Shown one piece after another: positions 52,063 to 61,514 of a DNA stretch of 64,000 nt. The stretch is from Candidatus Staskawiczbacteria bacterium RIFCSPHIGHO2_02_FULL_43_16 (GTDB lineage Bacteria > Patescibacteriota > Minisyncoccia > Minisyncoccales > Staskawiczbacteraceae). The position numbers and the translations under genes were made by a program. Position 1 is the first letter of the stretch, and each line of letters begins with the position of its first letter. The stretch spans positions 11,873-75,872 of the forward strand of contig MHOU01000003.1 of the NCBI GenBank assembly GCA_001821935.1. The letters run 5' to 3'. Under the pieces are notes generated by a model. That model did no database searches. It was not told where the DNA came from and saw only the letters and a list, made by a program, of their open reading frames with translations.

Positions 52063-52765
52063 GTTTGAGAATGAAGTATTGCTGGACAATGGAAAAAGCG
52101 CCGCTGATAATCCAGTACAAACCAAGGGCAGAGGGGAGTTTCCATAAAATAATGACGGTGATGAAGGGGAAAAAATACACCATCTGTTTTTGCATCATGG
52201 TGGCCATGGTGGTGTCTTTGGGCTTAGATTTATCCTGGGCCGGCAACAGCATTTTTGTCTGGAAAAATTGTAACAGCCCTGCCACAAAGGCCAGGGGAAT
52301 GTTTGGCTTTGCTAAATCCACCAAACCAACAAACATGGCGTTAATCTGGCCCGGGTTTGCCACAAAGCTGTACAAATGATCCAGGGCCTCAGGGCGCAGG
52401 CCATGCCAGAACACTTGATAAAGGGCAATGAGAATAGGAATTTGCACCAGCGCCAACAATAAGCCGCTAAACGGGTTTATCTTTTCTGTACGGTACATTT
52501 CTAAGGTTTCCTTGGCCTGTTTTTCTTTATCATCTTTATACTTTTTTTGTATCTCTTGCAGCTTGGGCTGAAGGGCCTGCAAAGCTTTCTGGGAATGCAA
52601 AGCCTTTACGGCAACCGGGTACAAAATAACCCTGATAATCAGGGTCAGTAAAATAATGGCCAGGCCGAAGTCATGGCCGGGCAGGTAATTATAAATAAAA
52701 ATCAGGGAATTAAAAAGCGGGTAGTATAGGGCGGCGTTAAAAATATCAGCAATAAAACCAAACAT
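52046..52765 (-). CDS. yidC: Membrane protein insertase YidC (short form)
   Basis: 239 aa, five TM helices. …YPLFNSLIFIYN…, conserved Oxa1/YidC C-terminal region. Synteny with rnpA and rpmH. Confidence 0.85.
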   Translation of the reverse strand: MFGFIADIFNAALYYPLFNSLIFIYNYLPGHDFGLAIILLTLIIRVILYPVAVKALHSQKALQALQPKLQEIQKKYKDDKEKQAKETLEMYRTEKINPFSGLLLALVQIPILIALYQVFWHGLRPEALDHLYSFVANPGQINAMFVGLVDLAKPNIPLAFVAGLLQFFQTKMLLPAQDKSKPKDTTMATMMQKQMVYFFPFITVIILWKLPSALGLYWIISGAFSIVQQYFILKQKDRV

Positions 52766-52767
52766 TA

Positions 52768-53094
52768 TTATAGTTTCTTAAATAAATGATCCACACTTTC
52801 TTTTAACTCAAAAAGCTCTTTTTTTTGTATTCCCGGCAGGGCGATAAACACAACGTCGGCGGGCGGGGTTGTTTTTGTGGCAGCAGAAATAATACTGCGC
52901 AGTTGGCGCTTAACCTTATTGCGCACAGTGGCCTTATTGGAAACTTTCTTGCTGACAATGAACCCAAACCGGCTTTCTGGCAAATTACTGTCCAAAACTT
53001 TGGCGATTAAAAAATTCCCCTTAATACTTTTGCCCGCGCCAAACACCGCGTCAAAATCTTTTTTTTTGGTTAACCGATTTTGTTTGGGGAGCAT
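52768..53094 (-). CDS. rnpA: Ribonuclease P protein component
   Basis: MLPKQNRLTKKKDFDAVFGAGKSIKGNFLIAKVL…, the RnpA pattern. Immediately downstream of rpmH. Confidence 0.85.
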   Translation of the reverse strand: MLPKQNRLTKKKDFDAVFGAGKSIKGNFLIAKVLDSNLPESRFGFIVSKKVSNKATVRNKVKRQLRSIISAATKTTPPADVVFIALPGIQKKELFELKESVDHLFKKL

Positions 53095-53098
53095 AAGG

Positions 53099-53233
53099 TT
53101 AAACAGTCAGCTTTGCCCTTCCTTTGGCCCGCCTGCGCGCCACCACCTGCTTACCGCTTTTGGTTTTTTTACGCTTCAAAAAACCGTGGGTCCTGGCCCT
53201 TTTCTTCTTTTTTGGGTTATAGGTGAAGCTCAT
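53099..53233 (-). CDS. rpmH: 50S ribosomal protein L34 (44 aa; below the ORF-track cutoff)
   Basis: Minus-strand ATG at 53233. Translates [44 protein letters not shown], the canonical L34 sequence. TAA at 53099-53101. Confidence 0.8.
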   Translation of the reverse strand: MSFTYNPKKKKRARTHGFLKRKKTKSGKQVVARRRAKGRAKLTV

Positions 53234-53337
53234 AGTTGTTGTATTTAATATTAATTTTGTATAATATTGTTAGTGTACTAGAAAATGCGCCCTTGGTCAA
53301 ATGTATTGTGCGTCTGCCCAAAAACACTCCACACAGG

Positions 53338-53346
53338 TTATCCACA
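53338..53346 (+). promoter_or_regulatory. DnaA box (TTATCCACA) upstream of dnaA
   Basis: Perfect consensus 9-mer in the rpmH-dnaA intergenic region. Confidence 0.6.
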
Positions 53347-53451
53347 GCTTAATAACAGATGGGGGCATTTTCCCCTCATTTGACTCTTGGCTTTAAGATT
53401 GATATTTTTATATATACTATTATTTTTGCGCGCTTGGCGATAACCGTATCC

Positions 53452-54816
53452 ATGAACAATAACGAACTCTGGCAATCAGTGCTGGCCCAAATGCAACTTT
53501 CCATATCTAAGGCCAATTTTGCCACTTGGTTTCAAAATACCGAAATTTCCCAAAAAGAAAATGAAAAAGTGGTTATTTCGGTTCCCAATGCCTTTTCTAA
53601 AGAATGGCTGAGCAACAAATACTATAAAATCATGCTCAAAACCATGCGTGACATTGATGGGGGTATTAAAGAATTGGAATTTGTAATAAACCCACAAGCC
53701 CTGCGAAGCCTGCCCACCCAAAGCCAGCCCCAAAAAGAGATTGAAAAAATAGACGCGGAGCAGTTAAAATTTGACGAGTTTAAAGTTAATAAAGAAACCA
53801 ATTTAAACCCCCGGTATACCTTTGAAAATTTTGTGGTGGGCTCTTTTAATGACCTGGCTTACGCCGCCGGCCAAGCGGTTTGTGAAAATCCTGGATATGC
53901 CTATAATCCACTGTTTATTTACGGCGGGGTGGGGCTTGGTAAAACCCACCTTATGCAGGCTATTGGCAATAAAATAGCCGGCGACCCTAAAAAAAAGAAG
54001 GTAAAATACATTCCTTCTGAAAAGCTTATTTCAAACATTGTGGCGGCGATCAGGTCCAACACCATGGAAGCATTTAAGGCCAGCCTGGCCCCTATTGATG
54101 TCTTAATTATTGACGACGTCCAGTTTATTGCCGGAAAGGTCAAAACCCAGCAGGAATTTTTCCATGCCTTTAATTCCCTTTACGAAAAAAACAAGCAAAT
54201 TATCCTATCTTCCGACCGCCAACCTAACGCCATCCCAGAGCTTGAAGAGCGCCTGCGGTCACGCTTTGAAGGAGGGATGATTATAGATGTTAACTTACCT
54301 GATTATGAAACCCGGCTGGTAATATTAAAGCAAAAATTACAGGAAAAAAACCTGAAACTGCCCGAAGAAATTTTAGAATACATCGCCTCTCATGTAAAAA
54401 AGAATGTCAGGGAATTGGAGGGGGCCCTCAATAGTGTACTGATTTACTATAAAATTAACAGTAATATCCCCACCCTGGATGTGGCCAAAAAACTGCTCAA
54501 AAGCTTTATTTTTTCACCCTTTGACGTGACTAATTATAAAAAAATCATTGAAGTGGTTTCTAAATTTTACAACCTTGAAGAAAAACACCTCTTTGATGTT
54601 ACGCGGCGCAAAGAAATAGTAAAGCCCCGCCAAATTGCCATGTTTTTGTTGCGCAAAGAATTAAAATACTCATTTCCCGCCATCGCCCGCAAATTCGGCG
54701 GTAAAGACCACACTACCGTAATTTACGCCTACAAAAAAATCTTGCGGGAAGTGGAAGAAAACAATAAACTAACCGAAGAAATAAACTTAATAAAGCAGCG
54801 GGTATATAGTGGATAA
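53452..54816 (+). CDS. dnaA: Chromosomal replication initiator DnaA (start at MNNNELWQ)
   Basis: N-terminal W…ATWF pattern. AAA+ Walker A GGVGLGKTHL. Walker B LIIDDVQF. C-terminal DNA-binding helix …FGGKDHTTVIYA…. Confidence 0.9.
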   Translation: MNNNELWQSVLAQMQLSISKANFATWFQNTEISQKENEKVVISVPNAFSKEWLSNKYYKIMLKTMRDIDGGIKELEFVINPQALRSLPTQSQPQKEIEKIDAEQLKFDEFKVNKETNLNPRYTFENFVVGSFNDLAYAAGQAVCENPGYAYNPLFIYGGVGLGKTHLMQAIGNKIAGDPKKKKVKYIPSEKLISNIVAAIRSNTMEAFKASLAPIDVLIIDDVQFIAGKVKTQQEFFHAFNSLYEKNKQIILSSDRQPNAIPELEERLRSRFEGGMIIDVNLPDYETRLVILKQKLQEKNLKLPEEILEYIASHVKKNVRELEGALNSVLIYYKINSNIPTLDVAKKLLKSFIFSPFDVTNYKKIIEVVSKFYNLEEKHLFDVTRRKEIVKPRQIAMFLLRKELKYSFPAIARKFGGKDHTTVIYAYKKILREVEENNKLTEEINLIKQRVYSG

Positions 54817-54900
54817 TATAGGGGATAACTTGAAGGTATTTTAAAAAAGAAAAAACTCACCCCTTTATTCCCCTAACTGGTTATACATATAAAAAACACC

Positions 54901-54909
54901 TTATCCACA
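54901..54909 (+). promoter_or_regulatory. DnaA box (TTATCCACA) in the dnaA-dnaN intergenic AT-rich region
   Basis: Perfect consensus. The adjacent 54930-55020 is extremely AT-rich (candidate DNA-unwinding element). Confidence 0.6.
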
Positions 54910-55029
54910 ATTTATAGGTAAAAAAATTAATCCTACTTTGGGATTAAAAAAGATTAAAAATAGATTAAAAAGCCATTAATAATAACAATAATAATATATT
55001 AAATATATTATTTACTATTATAGGGTTGG

Positions 55030-55038
55030 TGTGGATAA
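55030..55038 (-). promoter_or_regulatory. DnaA box (TTATCCACA, reverse orientation)
   Basis: tgtggataa on the plus strand, just upstream of dnaN. Confidence 0.6.
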
Positions 55039-55049
55039 TATAACTTATT

Positions 55050-56177
55050 ATGAAGATTGAAATATTGAAAGAAAATTTAAAATCGGGAATTAATGTAGTG
55101 GAAAGGGTAGTGGGGAAAAATATCTCATTGCCTATTTTAGATAATATGTTAATGACAGCCGAAGACACTTTTTTAAGCTTGGTTTCCACAGATTTGGAAA
55201 CCGCCATTAAACTTTGGATATTGACCAAAATCATTAAAAAAGGAAGTGTGGTGGTACCGGCAAAATTCCTTTCCAGTCTTATTACCTCGCTGCCTAATGA
55301 AAAAATTACCATTGAGGCCAAGGGCCAGGATTTATCTGTGGAGTCCAGCGCCATAAAAACCCAAATAAAAGGTTTTAATCCTGAAGATTTTCCTATCATC
55401 CCGGAATTTAACCGGGACGAATTTTTAGAAGTGGATAACAAGATTTTTTTTGAAGGGCTGGGGCAGGTTATTAATATTGCTTCGCCCTCACAAAGCCGGC
55501 CGGAAATTTCCGGTATTTATTTTCATTTTTTGAAAAATATTATTACCATAGCGGCCACAGACAGTTTTAGGTTGGCGGAAAAACATATCACCCTCAAAGA
55601 GCCGGTCAAAAAAGAATTTTCTTTTATTTTACCACAAAAACCAGCCCGTGAATTAATGGCTATTTTAGAAAATCAGGAAGGGATTCTGAAAATATTTTTT
55701 TCCCAAAACCAAGCCCTTTTTGAACTGCCTATGAAAGAAACCAACCACCCCAAAGCCCAAATTACCTCCCGGCTCATTGACGGCGAATACCCCAACTACC
55801 AGGATATTATCCCCGCCAAATTTAAAACCAATGCCGTGGTGAAAAAAGATGAATTTTTAACTCAGATAAAAACCGCTTCGCTGTTTTCGGGCAAGGTGAG
55901 CGAGGTGAAAATCGCCCTGAATGCCGAAAAAAAAGAGCTGGAAATTTTTTCTAAAAATCCGGATATTGGTGAAAACCGGTCCAGTATGCCCATTCAAATA
56001 AGCGGCCAGTCCATAGAAGTTTCTTTTAATTATAAATATATTATTGACGGGCTGGCTAATATTAAAGGTTCAGAAGTGATGTTTGATGTAAGCAAGGAAG
56101 AGGGTCCCTGTATTTTGCGGCCGGTGGGAGATGGCAGTTACATGTATGTGGTCATGCCCATTAAATCAATGCAGTAA
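55050..56177 (+). CDS. dnaN: DNA polymerase III beta sliding clamp
   Basis: 375 aa. MKIEILKENLKSGINVVERVV…, three-domain clamp length. dnaA-dnaN synteny. Confidence 0.9.
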   Translation: MKIEILKENLKSGINVVERVVGKNISLPILDNMLMTAEDTFLSLVSTDLETAIKLWILTKIIKKGSVVVPAKFLSSLITSLPNEKITIEAKGQDLSVESSAIKTQIKGFNPEDFPIIPEFNRDEFLEVDNKIFFEGLGQVINIASPSQSRPEISGIYFHFLKNIITIAATDSFRLAEKHITLKEPVKKEFSFILPQKPARELMAILENQEGILKIFFSQNQALFELPMKETNHPKAQITSRLIDGEYPNYQDIIPAKFKTNAVVKKDEFLTQIKTASLFSGKVSEVKIALNAEKKELEIFSKNPDIGENRSSMPIQISGQSIEVSFNYKYIIDGLANIKGSEVMFDVSKEEGPCILRPVGDGSYMYVVMPIKSMQ

Positions 56178-56227
56178 TAATAGTCCAGCAAAAAAGCCCC
56201 GCGGGGCTTTTTTGCTGGACTGCGATC

Positions 56228-58483
56228 TTAAAGCGGTAATGATATGGGGATTGGTGTCGGGGTTGGCGCAGGGGTGGGTGAGCTGTTTGGTGGCTGGGTT
56301 TGGTCTGGTTTTGGTGGCAAAGTTCCCAGGTAATTTTGTACCGCCGCTTCCCAAAATAAGTAAAAAGGGTCTTTGCTTGGATCTTGGGGCGTTGGCCCTA
56401 GAGGGTTGTTCTTATCAACGTAATGTAAAATACTATGCGGAGGGTCTTGGAGCGGAGTTTGGCCCACCAGCGCCGGATTTGGGGCTTTAGGGGGCTCTGG
56501 TGCGGTGAAGTTTTCCTCCGGATGATCTTTTAGTATTTTTTCCATCACTTTTCTCCACACAGGGGCGGCAAGCCCAATACCGGTTTTTTTATTAGTTGAG
56601 GCGTTGTTGTTGTTGCCAACCCACACTCCCACCGCAGCAAAGGGACTATAACCCATAGTCCAGGCGTCATTGTAATATTGGGTGGTACCGGTTTTTGCCG
56701 CCACCTGGTAATTATTAAAATACAGGGCGTTGTTGGTTCCAAAAATCGGCGCGCGCGCTGCATTATCGGAAAGGATACTGTTAATTTGGCGCGCCACCTG
56801 GGTGCTAAGTACCTTGGTTGACTCGTTGGCATTTTCTTCAATAACCACGCCGCTTGAATCCTCTATTTTTAAAATGCTCACCGGGTCTGTTTTAAATCCT
56901 TCGGTGGCAAAAATTCCATAAGCCGAGGTCATTTCCAATAAGGTTACTTCGCCGCCACCCAACACCAATGACAGCCCGTAGCGTTCGGGTTCGTTTAGGG
57001 TGGTAATACCCATATCCTGGGCTACTTTCAGACTATCTTTCAGCCCGGCCAAATACAGCAATTCTACCGAAGGAATGTTAAGTGATTGGGCCAGCGCCGA
57101 GCGCAGCGAGGTTTTCCCCCGGTAAAGCCCGTCGTAATTTTGCGGGTTATAGCAGGCAGATCCATCGGCGCCCCTGAGGCTGTTGCCGTCCGGGCTGCAG
57201 CTGGTATTAAATTCCGTTTTTACGTCCCAGAGCACCGTGTCAGGTGTATAGCCTTTTTTAAAGGCGGTAGCGTACACAAATGGTTTAAAGGAAGATCCTG
57301 GTTGACGTTGGCCAATAGTGGCCACATCATAGTTGGGGTCAAACAAGCAGTTGCCATTGGTTTTTTTGTCACAGCCGGCCGGATAAGATTCTGCGAAATA
57401 ATCTTTTGAACCAATGAGTGACAATATTTCTCCGGTTTTAGGATCAATCACCACCATGGCGGTATTGTTGGCGTTAAATTGCATATTGGTTTTGTCGGCT
57501 TCCTGGACCGTTTTTTGGGCATATTCTTGGAGTTCCCAGTCTAAGGTGGTATAGACCCGGAGCCCCTTTTCTTTTAAAAAATCTTCCCCATATTTTTCTT
57601 CCAGGTATTTTTTCACATACATGACAAAATGGGGGGCTTTGATCGGGGTGGCCGAATCGGCAAAATCCAGCACCTCTTCTTTGGCGTTTTTGGCCTGGGT
57701 GCTGTCAATAAACCCGGCCGCCAGCATACTGGCAATGACGTAATCTTTGCGCCCGAGCAGTTGGTCTTTATGGGAGCCGTAGGGCGAGTAATAGCTTGGC
57801 GCCGGCAACAGGGCGGCCAGGGCCGCGGCTTCGGCGATAGAAACATCGGCAGCGGGCTTGTTAAAGTAGGTTTGGCTGGCGGATTCAATGCCGTAGGCGT
57901 TTTCCCCGAACGGAACCTTATTTAAATACCAGTCAAATATCTGGTCTTTGGAATAGCGGCGTTCCAACTCTATACTCAACACAATTTCGCGGATCTTCCT
58001 TTCCAGGGTTTTTTGGCGGGTAAGATAGACCGACCTGATAAGTTGCTGGGTGATGGTGGATGCTCCCTGTTTCGCTGATTGTAGTTTTAAATCAACCAAA
58101 ATAGATCGTATAATAGAAACAATATCAATGCCCCCGTGCTGGTAAAAGCGGGCATCTTCAGAGGCCAACACCGCGTGTTTTACGTTGTCGGAGATTTTAT
58201 CAAACGGCACAATGGACCGCTTCTCTTCCCCGTAAATATCATAGAGCAGCACTTTTCCGGTGCGGTCGTATATTTTAGTTGATTGGATGAACGGGTTTTC
58301 AGTGAACTTTTCCGGCCGGGGTAAGTTATAGGTATAATAAAAAAATAAAAACAGCAGGGCGCCGCAGCCTATTAAAACCAAAAAAAGCAGGTATTTGCCG
58401 GCCAGCAAAGCCAGTTTCATTTTTTTGCCTTTCAGGTAGGCCGGAATTTTTTTGAAAAATCCTATCGCGTGTTTGTGTGCCAT
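56228..58483 (-). CDS. Class A penicillin-binding protein (glycosyltransferase GT51 plus transpeptidase) with a Pro-rich C-terminal tail
   Basis: GT51 motifs (…LASEDARFYQHGGIDIVSIIRS…). Transpeptidase SSFKPFVYATA (SxxK), SxN, and KTG. N-terminal TM helix. Confidence 0.85.
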   Translation of the reverse strand: MAHKHAIGFFKKIPAYLKGKKMKLALLAGKYLLFLVLIGCGALLFLFFYYTYNLPRPEKFTENPFIQSTKIYDRTGKVLLYDIYGEEKRSIVPFDKISDNVKHAVLASEDARFYQHGGIDIVSIIRSILVDLKLQSAKQGASTITQQLIRSVYLTRQKTLERKIREIVLSIELERRYSKDQIFDWYLNKVPFGENAYGIESASQTYFNKPAADVSIAEAAALAALLPAPSYYSPYGSHKDQLLGRKDYVIASMLAAGFIDSTQAKNAKEEVLDFADSATPIKAPHFVMYVKKYLEEKYGEDFLKEKGLRVYTTLDWELQEYAQKTVQEADKTNMQFNANNTAMVVIDPKTGEILSLIGSKDYFAESYPAGCDKKTNGNCLFDPNYDVATIGQRQPGSSFKPFVYATAFKKGYTPDTVLWDVKTEFNTSCSPDGNSLRGADGSACYNPQNYDGLYRGKTSLRSALAQSLNIPSVELLYLAGLKDSLKVAQDMGITTLNEPERYGLSLVLGGGEVTLLEMTSAYGIFATEGFKTDPVSILKIEDSSGVVIEENANESTKVLSTQVARQINSILSDNAARAPIFGTNNALYFNNYQVAAKTGTTQYYNDAWTMGYSPFAAVGVWVGNNNNASTNKKTGIGLAAPVWRKVMEKILKDHPEENFTAPEPPKAPNPALVGQTPLQDPPHSILHYVDKNNPLGPTPQDPSKDPFYLFWEAAVQNYLGTLPPKPDQTQPPNSSPTPAPTPTPIPISLPL

Positions 58484-58520
58484 GAGTTTATAGTTCCATA
58501 ATTTTCAGTAAAAATCAACC

Positions 58521-58550
58521 AAAAAAGCCGCCCGCGGGCGGCTTTTTTGG
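58521..58550. terminator. Bidirectional rho-independent terminator
   Basis: aaaaaAGCCGCCCGcgGGCGGCTtttttgg. Confidence 0.7.
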
Positions 58551-58560
58551 GTTATGGGTT

Positions 58561-58737
58561 ATTCCTCTTCAATAGGGTTGTCATCCAAATCATCATCCCC
58601 TTCTTTGTCATCGTCTTTTTCTTCTTCGTCTAATTCTTCCTTCTCTTCTTCATCGTCGTCGCCAAGGATGACGGCGTCGTCATCAAAGTCATCGGCTTGG
58701 TTCATGGCGTTTTTTACAAAATCCTCCTCCATCTTTT
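58561..58737 (-). CDS. Small highly acidic protein (58 aa; below the ORF-track cutoff)
   Basis: Minus-strand ATG at 58737. Translates MEEDFVKNAMNQADDFDDDAVILGDDDEEEKEELDEEEKDDDKEGDDDLDDNPIEEE*. A terminator follows. The listed plus-strand ORF over the same bases is low-complexity Ser-rich. Confidence 0.25.
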
Positions 58738-58744
58738 GAAAACT

Positions 58745-58830
58745 CGAAACTCGAATTTCGAAATTCGAAACATATTTTGAATTTGTTTCGTATTTCGGAT
58801 TTCGTATTTCGGATTTAATTTTTATTAACT
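58745..58830. repeat. Inverted arrays of heptamer repeats (NCTCGAA x4 then TTTCGNA x4)
   Basis: actcgaaactcgaatttcgaaattcgaaacatattttgaatttgtttcgtatttcggatttcgtatttcggattt. Confidence 0.6.
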
Positions 58831-58888
58831 TCTACCATTATATTTTTTCAGGCACTATTGTCAAGGGCTCGTTCGTCCACAGGGGCTT

Positions 58889-59161
58889 GGGAGTGCGGGA
58901 TCCGAACTAAAATCATCTTGAGAAGCGCAAAAATGAGATCAGTTTTTCGGATTTTTGAGAAGGCGATGTTGCAAGACATCGCCGCCGATAAAATTTGAAG
59001 AAATGAGCCATTTTTGCGCTTCCCTCCAGGCGTCAAGATTTTGCCTCATCTGCGCGCGTTTTGCTCGTCAGCGATGTTAAAAACATCGCTTCCTCACAAG
59101 AACCCGCGCATCTAAAGCAAAATCTTGACGCTCAATCGATTTAGTTCGGATCCCGCACTCC
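58889..59161. mobile_element. MITE-like ~273-bp element with perfect 22-bp terminal inverted repeats and internal hairpins; right end overlaps the last codons of ruvC
   Basis: Terminal inverted repeats GGAGTGCGGGATCCGAACTAAA (58889-58912) and TTTAGTTCGGATCCCGCACTCC (59140-59161). Internal GGCGATGTtgcaagACATCGCC and AGCGATGTTaaaAACATCGCT hairpins. No ORF of its own. Confidence 0.45.
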
Positions 59162-59665
59162 TAACACTGCACAGAGCGCGATTCCCAGGGCATCGGCCGC
59201 GTCATCTTTTTTACGGCCCTTGGTTTTATGGTCAAAACCATCCATGTCCAGCAGCTGCTTGGTCATTTCTTGCACCTGTTTTTTTTCCGCCCGGCCATAG
59301 CCCACCACAGTCATCTTTACTTGCAACGGGGTAAATTCCATAACCGGGATCTTCTTTTGGGCTGCCGCCAACAAAATAACCCCCTTGGCTTGGCTCACCG
59401 GCATGGCGGTTTTTAAGTTCTTAAAGAAGAAAAGGCTTTCAATAGATATTAAATCCGGTTTATGTTTATCAATCAACTTTCCGATTTCTTTATGAATAAT
59501 ATTCAACCTGTCTCCGGGCGAATCAAATTTTGTAGTAGTAATGCATCCAAAATCAATCACTTTGGGTTTTTCGTTTCTATCCTGGCGCAGGTGTTTGGAG
59601 ACGTTGGTTTTGATAATCGCGTATCCCATCAAGGCCACGCCCGGATCCACGCCTAAAATGATCAT
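59141..59665 (-). CDS. ruvC: Crossover junction endodeoxyribonuclease RuvC
   Basis: MIILGVDPGVALMGYAII… (catalytic Asp). 174 aa. yebC-ruvC synteny. Confidence 0.9.
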   Translation of the reverse strand: MIILGVDPGVALMGYAIIKTNVSKHLRQDRNEKPKVIDFGCITTTKFDSPGDRLNIIHKEIGKLIDKHKPDLISIESLFFFKNLKTAMPVSQAKGVILLAAAQKKIPVMEFTPLQVKMTVVGYGRAEKKQVQEMTKQLLDMDGFDHKTKGRKKDDAADALGIALCAVLGVRDPN

Positions 59666-60396
59666 ACCTTGAGATTGGAGTAAATATTTTGCACCGCGTC
59701 ATTGTCATCAAGCATTTCAAATAGTTTTTCCGATTTTTCTTTGTCTTTGTCGCTAATCATCACCTCTTCTTTGGGGACCCAATCCAGCGATCCCGATTCG
59801 GTTTTTATCCCTTTTTGTTCCAGGGATTTTTTAACCGCCTCCAGGTCTTCGGGCTTGGTGTAAACAATATTTTCGCGTATGTCATCTGCCCCCGCTTCAA
59901 TGGCGGTCTCTTCTAAATTTTCTTGCCCTGAGCCTGCCTGCGGTGAGCCTGTCGAACCCGTCGAAGGGTCGGCCACAATAACCCCTCTTCGCTCAAACAT
60001 CCAGCGCACCGCTCCTTCGCCTGCCATTTTTCCTTCATATTGCCCTAAAATGCCTTTTATTTCGCCTAGGGTCCGGTTTTTGTTGTCTGTAATGCCTTCA
60101 ATAATCAAGGCAATGCCGCCCGGGCCGAAGCCTTCAAATGAAACTTCTTGAAGATCTTCGCCCACCAATTCGCCCGTGCCTTTTTTAATGGCGCGTTGAA
60201 TATTTTCGTTGGGCATATTAAACTCGCGCGCTTTTTCAATCAAAGCTTTCAATTGGATGTTGCTGGTAACATCGGCCCCCTTTTCTTTTACGGCAATAGT
60301 AATAACCCTTCCCATTTTGGAAAAGATTTTACCCTTTTTGGCGTCGTTGGCATTTTTGGTGGCCGCGACGGTTTTTGCATGGCTATGGCCTGACAT
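59662..60396 (-). CDS. yebC: YebC/PmpR-family transcriptional regulator (start at MSGHSHAK)
   Basis: MSGHSHAKTVAATKNANDAKKGKIFSKMGRVITIAVKEKG… is the YebC N-terminus. ~245 aa. Confidence 0.85.
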   Translation of the reverse strand: MSGHSHAKTVAATKNANDAKKGKIFSKMGRVITIAVKEKGADVTSNIQLKALIEKAREFNMPNENIQRAIKKGTGELVGEDLQEVSFEGFGPGGIALIIEGITDNKNRTLGEIKGILGQYEGKMAGEGAVRWMFERRGVIVADPSTGSTGSPQAGSGQENLEETAIEAGADDIRENIVYTKPEDLEAVKKSLEQKGIKTESGSLDWVPKEEVMISDKDKEKSEKLFEMLDDNDAVQNIYSNLKV

Positions 60397-60432
60397 AATG
60401 TGAATTTTTAATTTTGTAATTTCCAATTTTTA

Positions 60433-60500
60433 AATAATATTTAAAACATGCCGTAAATTTAGGAATTATTTAAAAATTAAAAATTGGAAATTTAAAATTA
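60433..60500. repeat. Second locus of the TAATTTCCAATTTTTAAATAAT palindromic element
   Basis: ttttgtaatttccaatttttaaataat … aattatttaaaaattaaaaattggaaatttaaaatt. Confidence 0.65.
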
Positions 60501-61514
60501 TTTCTTTAACTTTAATACAAGAAATGCTATTCCAGAAACAATGGCTATTACCCCCGCAACCGCAAAGAGCAACCAAGGGTTTTGGCCACCGCCTTTTAGT
60601 GGCCCGGAAAGTCCGGCAGTGGCCAAGTTTGCCAAATAATCAGTGCTTGTTGATGCCGCTGTTGTTTTATTATCAGTTTTTCTGGCTTTTAGCAAGGTTT
60701 TTGGTTTTGCCGCTACCACGGTAATTTTGTTTGGGTTTGATGGCGTGGGCGTGGTGCTCCAGCTCCAGCCCGATCCTGTTTTGTTGTATGATTGTTTGGC
60801 GGGCGCGCTGGTATAGGAAGTGGTGTCGGCGGTTTGGCCGTTGGGAAACAACAGCGCTATTTGGTCAGTATCGTTGAGCAGAATTTTAGTGACGGGCCGG
60901 GCCAGTGTTAAATATCCGCCCGCCGCCATGGTGGTGTTCGGGAAAGTGTAGGTGGCCTGGGTTCCTTGGGTGTCTTGCAATTTCCAGCCGGTCAGATTAA
61001 TGTCACCACCACTGCCATTATAAAGTTCAATAAATTCATTGGTTTCATCGGCGCCGTCCGGACTGGGTAAGATTTCATTAACAATAACTCCCACAGGGTA
61101 CGTTTTTGGTGTTTCGGGATTTGATATTATTTCGGATTTGCCAGACGCGAGAGTTGCCGGCTTTGCCGGAACTCCCGTCTCCGGATTTTGAGTTTCGAAT
61201 TTCCCTGGCGAGGCCTGGGCTACGGTGGCTAACCCCTGATCCTTTATATTTTGCAAGGTTTTCTCTCCAATACCCTTCACTTTCAGCAAATCATCAATTG
61301 AAGAATATGGCCGGGCGTCAATAATTCTTTGGGCCAGTGTCGGCCCAATCCCCACAATTTCATCTAATTGCCCAAGAGGAGCCGTATTGATATCAACCCT
61401 TTCGGCTGCCAATATAAAAACCGGCCAAAAAAGAAATATTAAAAATAAGAATAAAGACCTCTTCATATTAAATAAGTGGACCCTGTTTAGTATATTTAAT
61501 CCCCAAATGGTCAT
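60498..61514 (-). CDS. comEA: ComEA-like helix-hairpin-helix DNA-binding protein fused to a lamin-tail domain, with a C-terminal TM anchor
   Basis: HhH …VDINTAPLGQLDEIVGIGPTLAQRIIDARPYSSIDDLLKVKGIGEKTLQNI…. Lamin-tail domain …VIVNEILPSPDGADETNEFIELYNGSGGDINLTGWKLQD…. Confidence 0.7.
   Translation of the reverse strand: MTIWGLNILNRVHLFNMKRSLFLFLIFLFWPVFILAAERVDINTAPLGQLDEIVGIGPTLAQRIIDARPYSSIDDLLKVKGIGEKTLQNIKDQGLATVAQASPGKFETQNPETGVPAKPATLASGKSEIISNPETPKTYPVGVIVNEILPSPDGADETNEFIELYNGSGGDINLTGWKLQDTQGTQATYTFPNTTMAAGGYLTLARPVTKILLNDTDQIALLFPNGQTADTTSYTSAPAKQSYNKTGSGWSWSTTPTPSNPNKITVVAAKPKTLLKARKTDNKTTAASTSTDYLANLATAGLSGPLKGGGQNPWLLFAVAGVIAIVSGIAFLVLKLKK

Noticed and set aside
58554-58739. Plus-strand ORF 58554..58739
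   Set aside because: Pure Ser-rich low complexity. The minus strand gives a more gene-like acidic ORF with start codon and terminator.
58848-59036. ORF 58848..59036 (-)
   Set aside because: Lies entirely inside the hairpin-rich MITE-like element; no coding signal.
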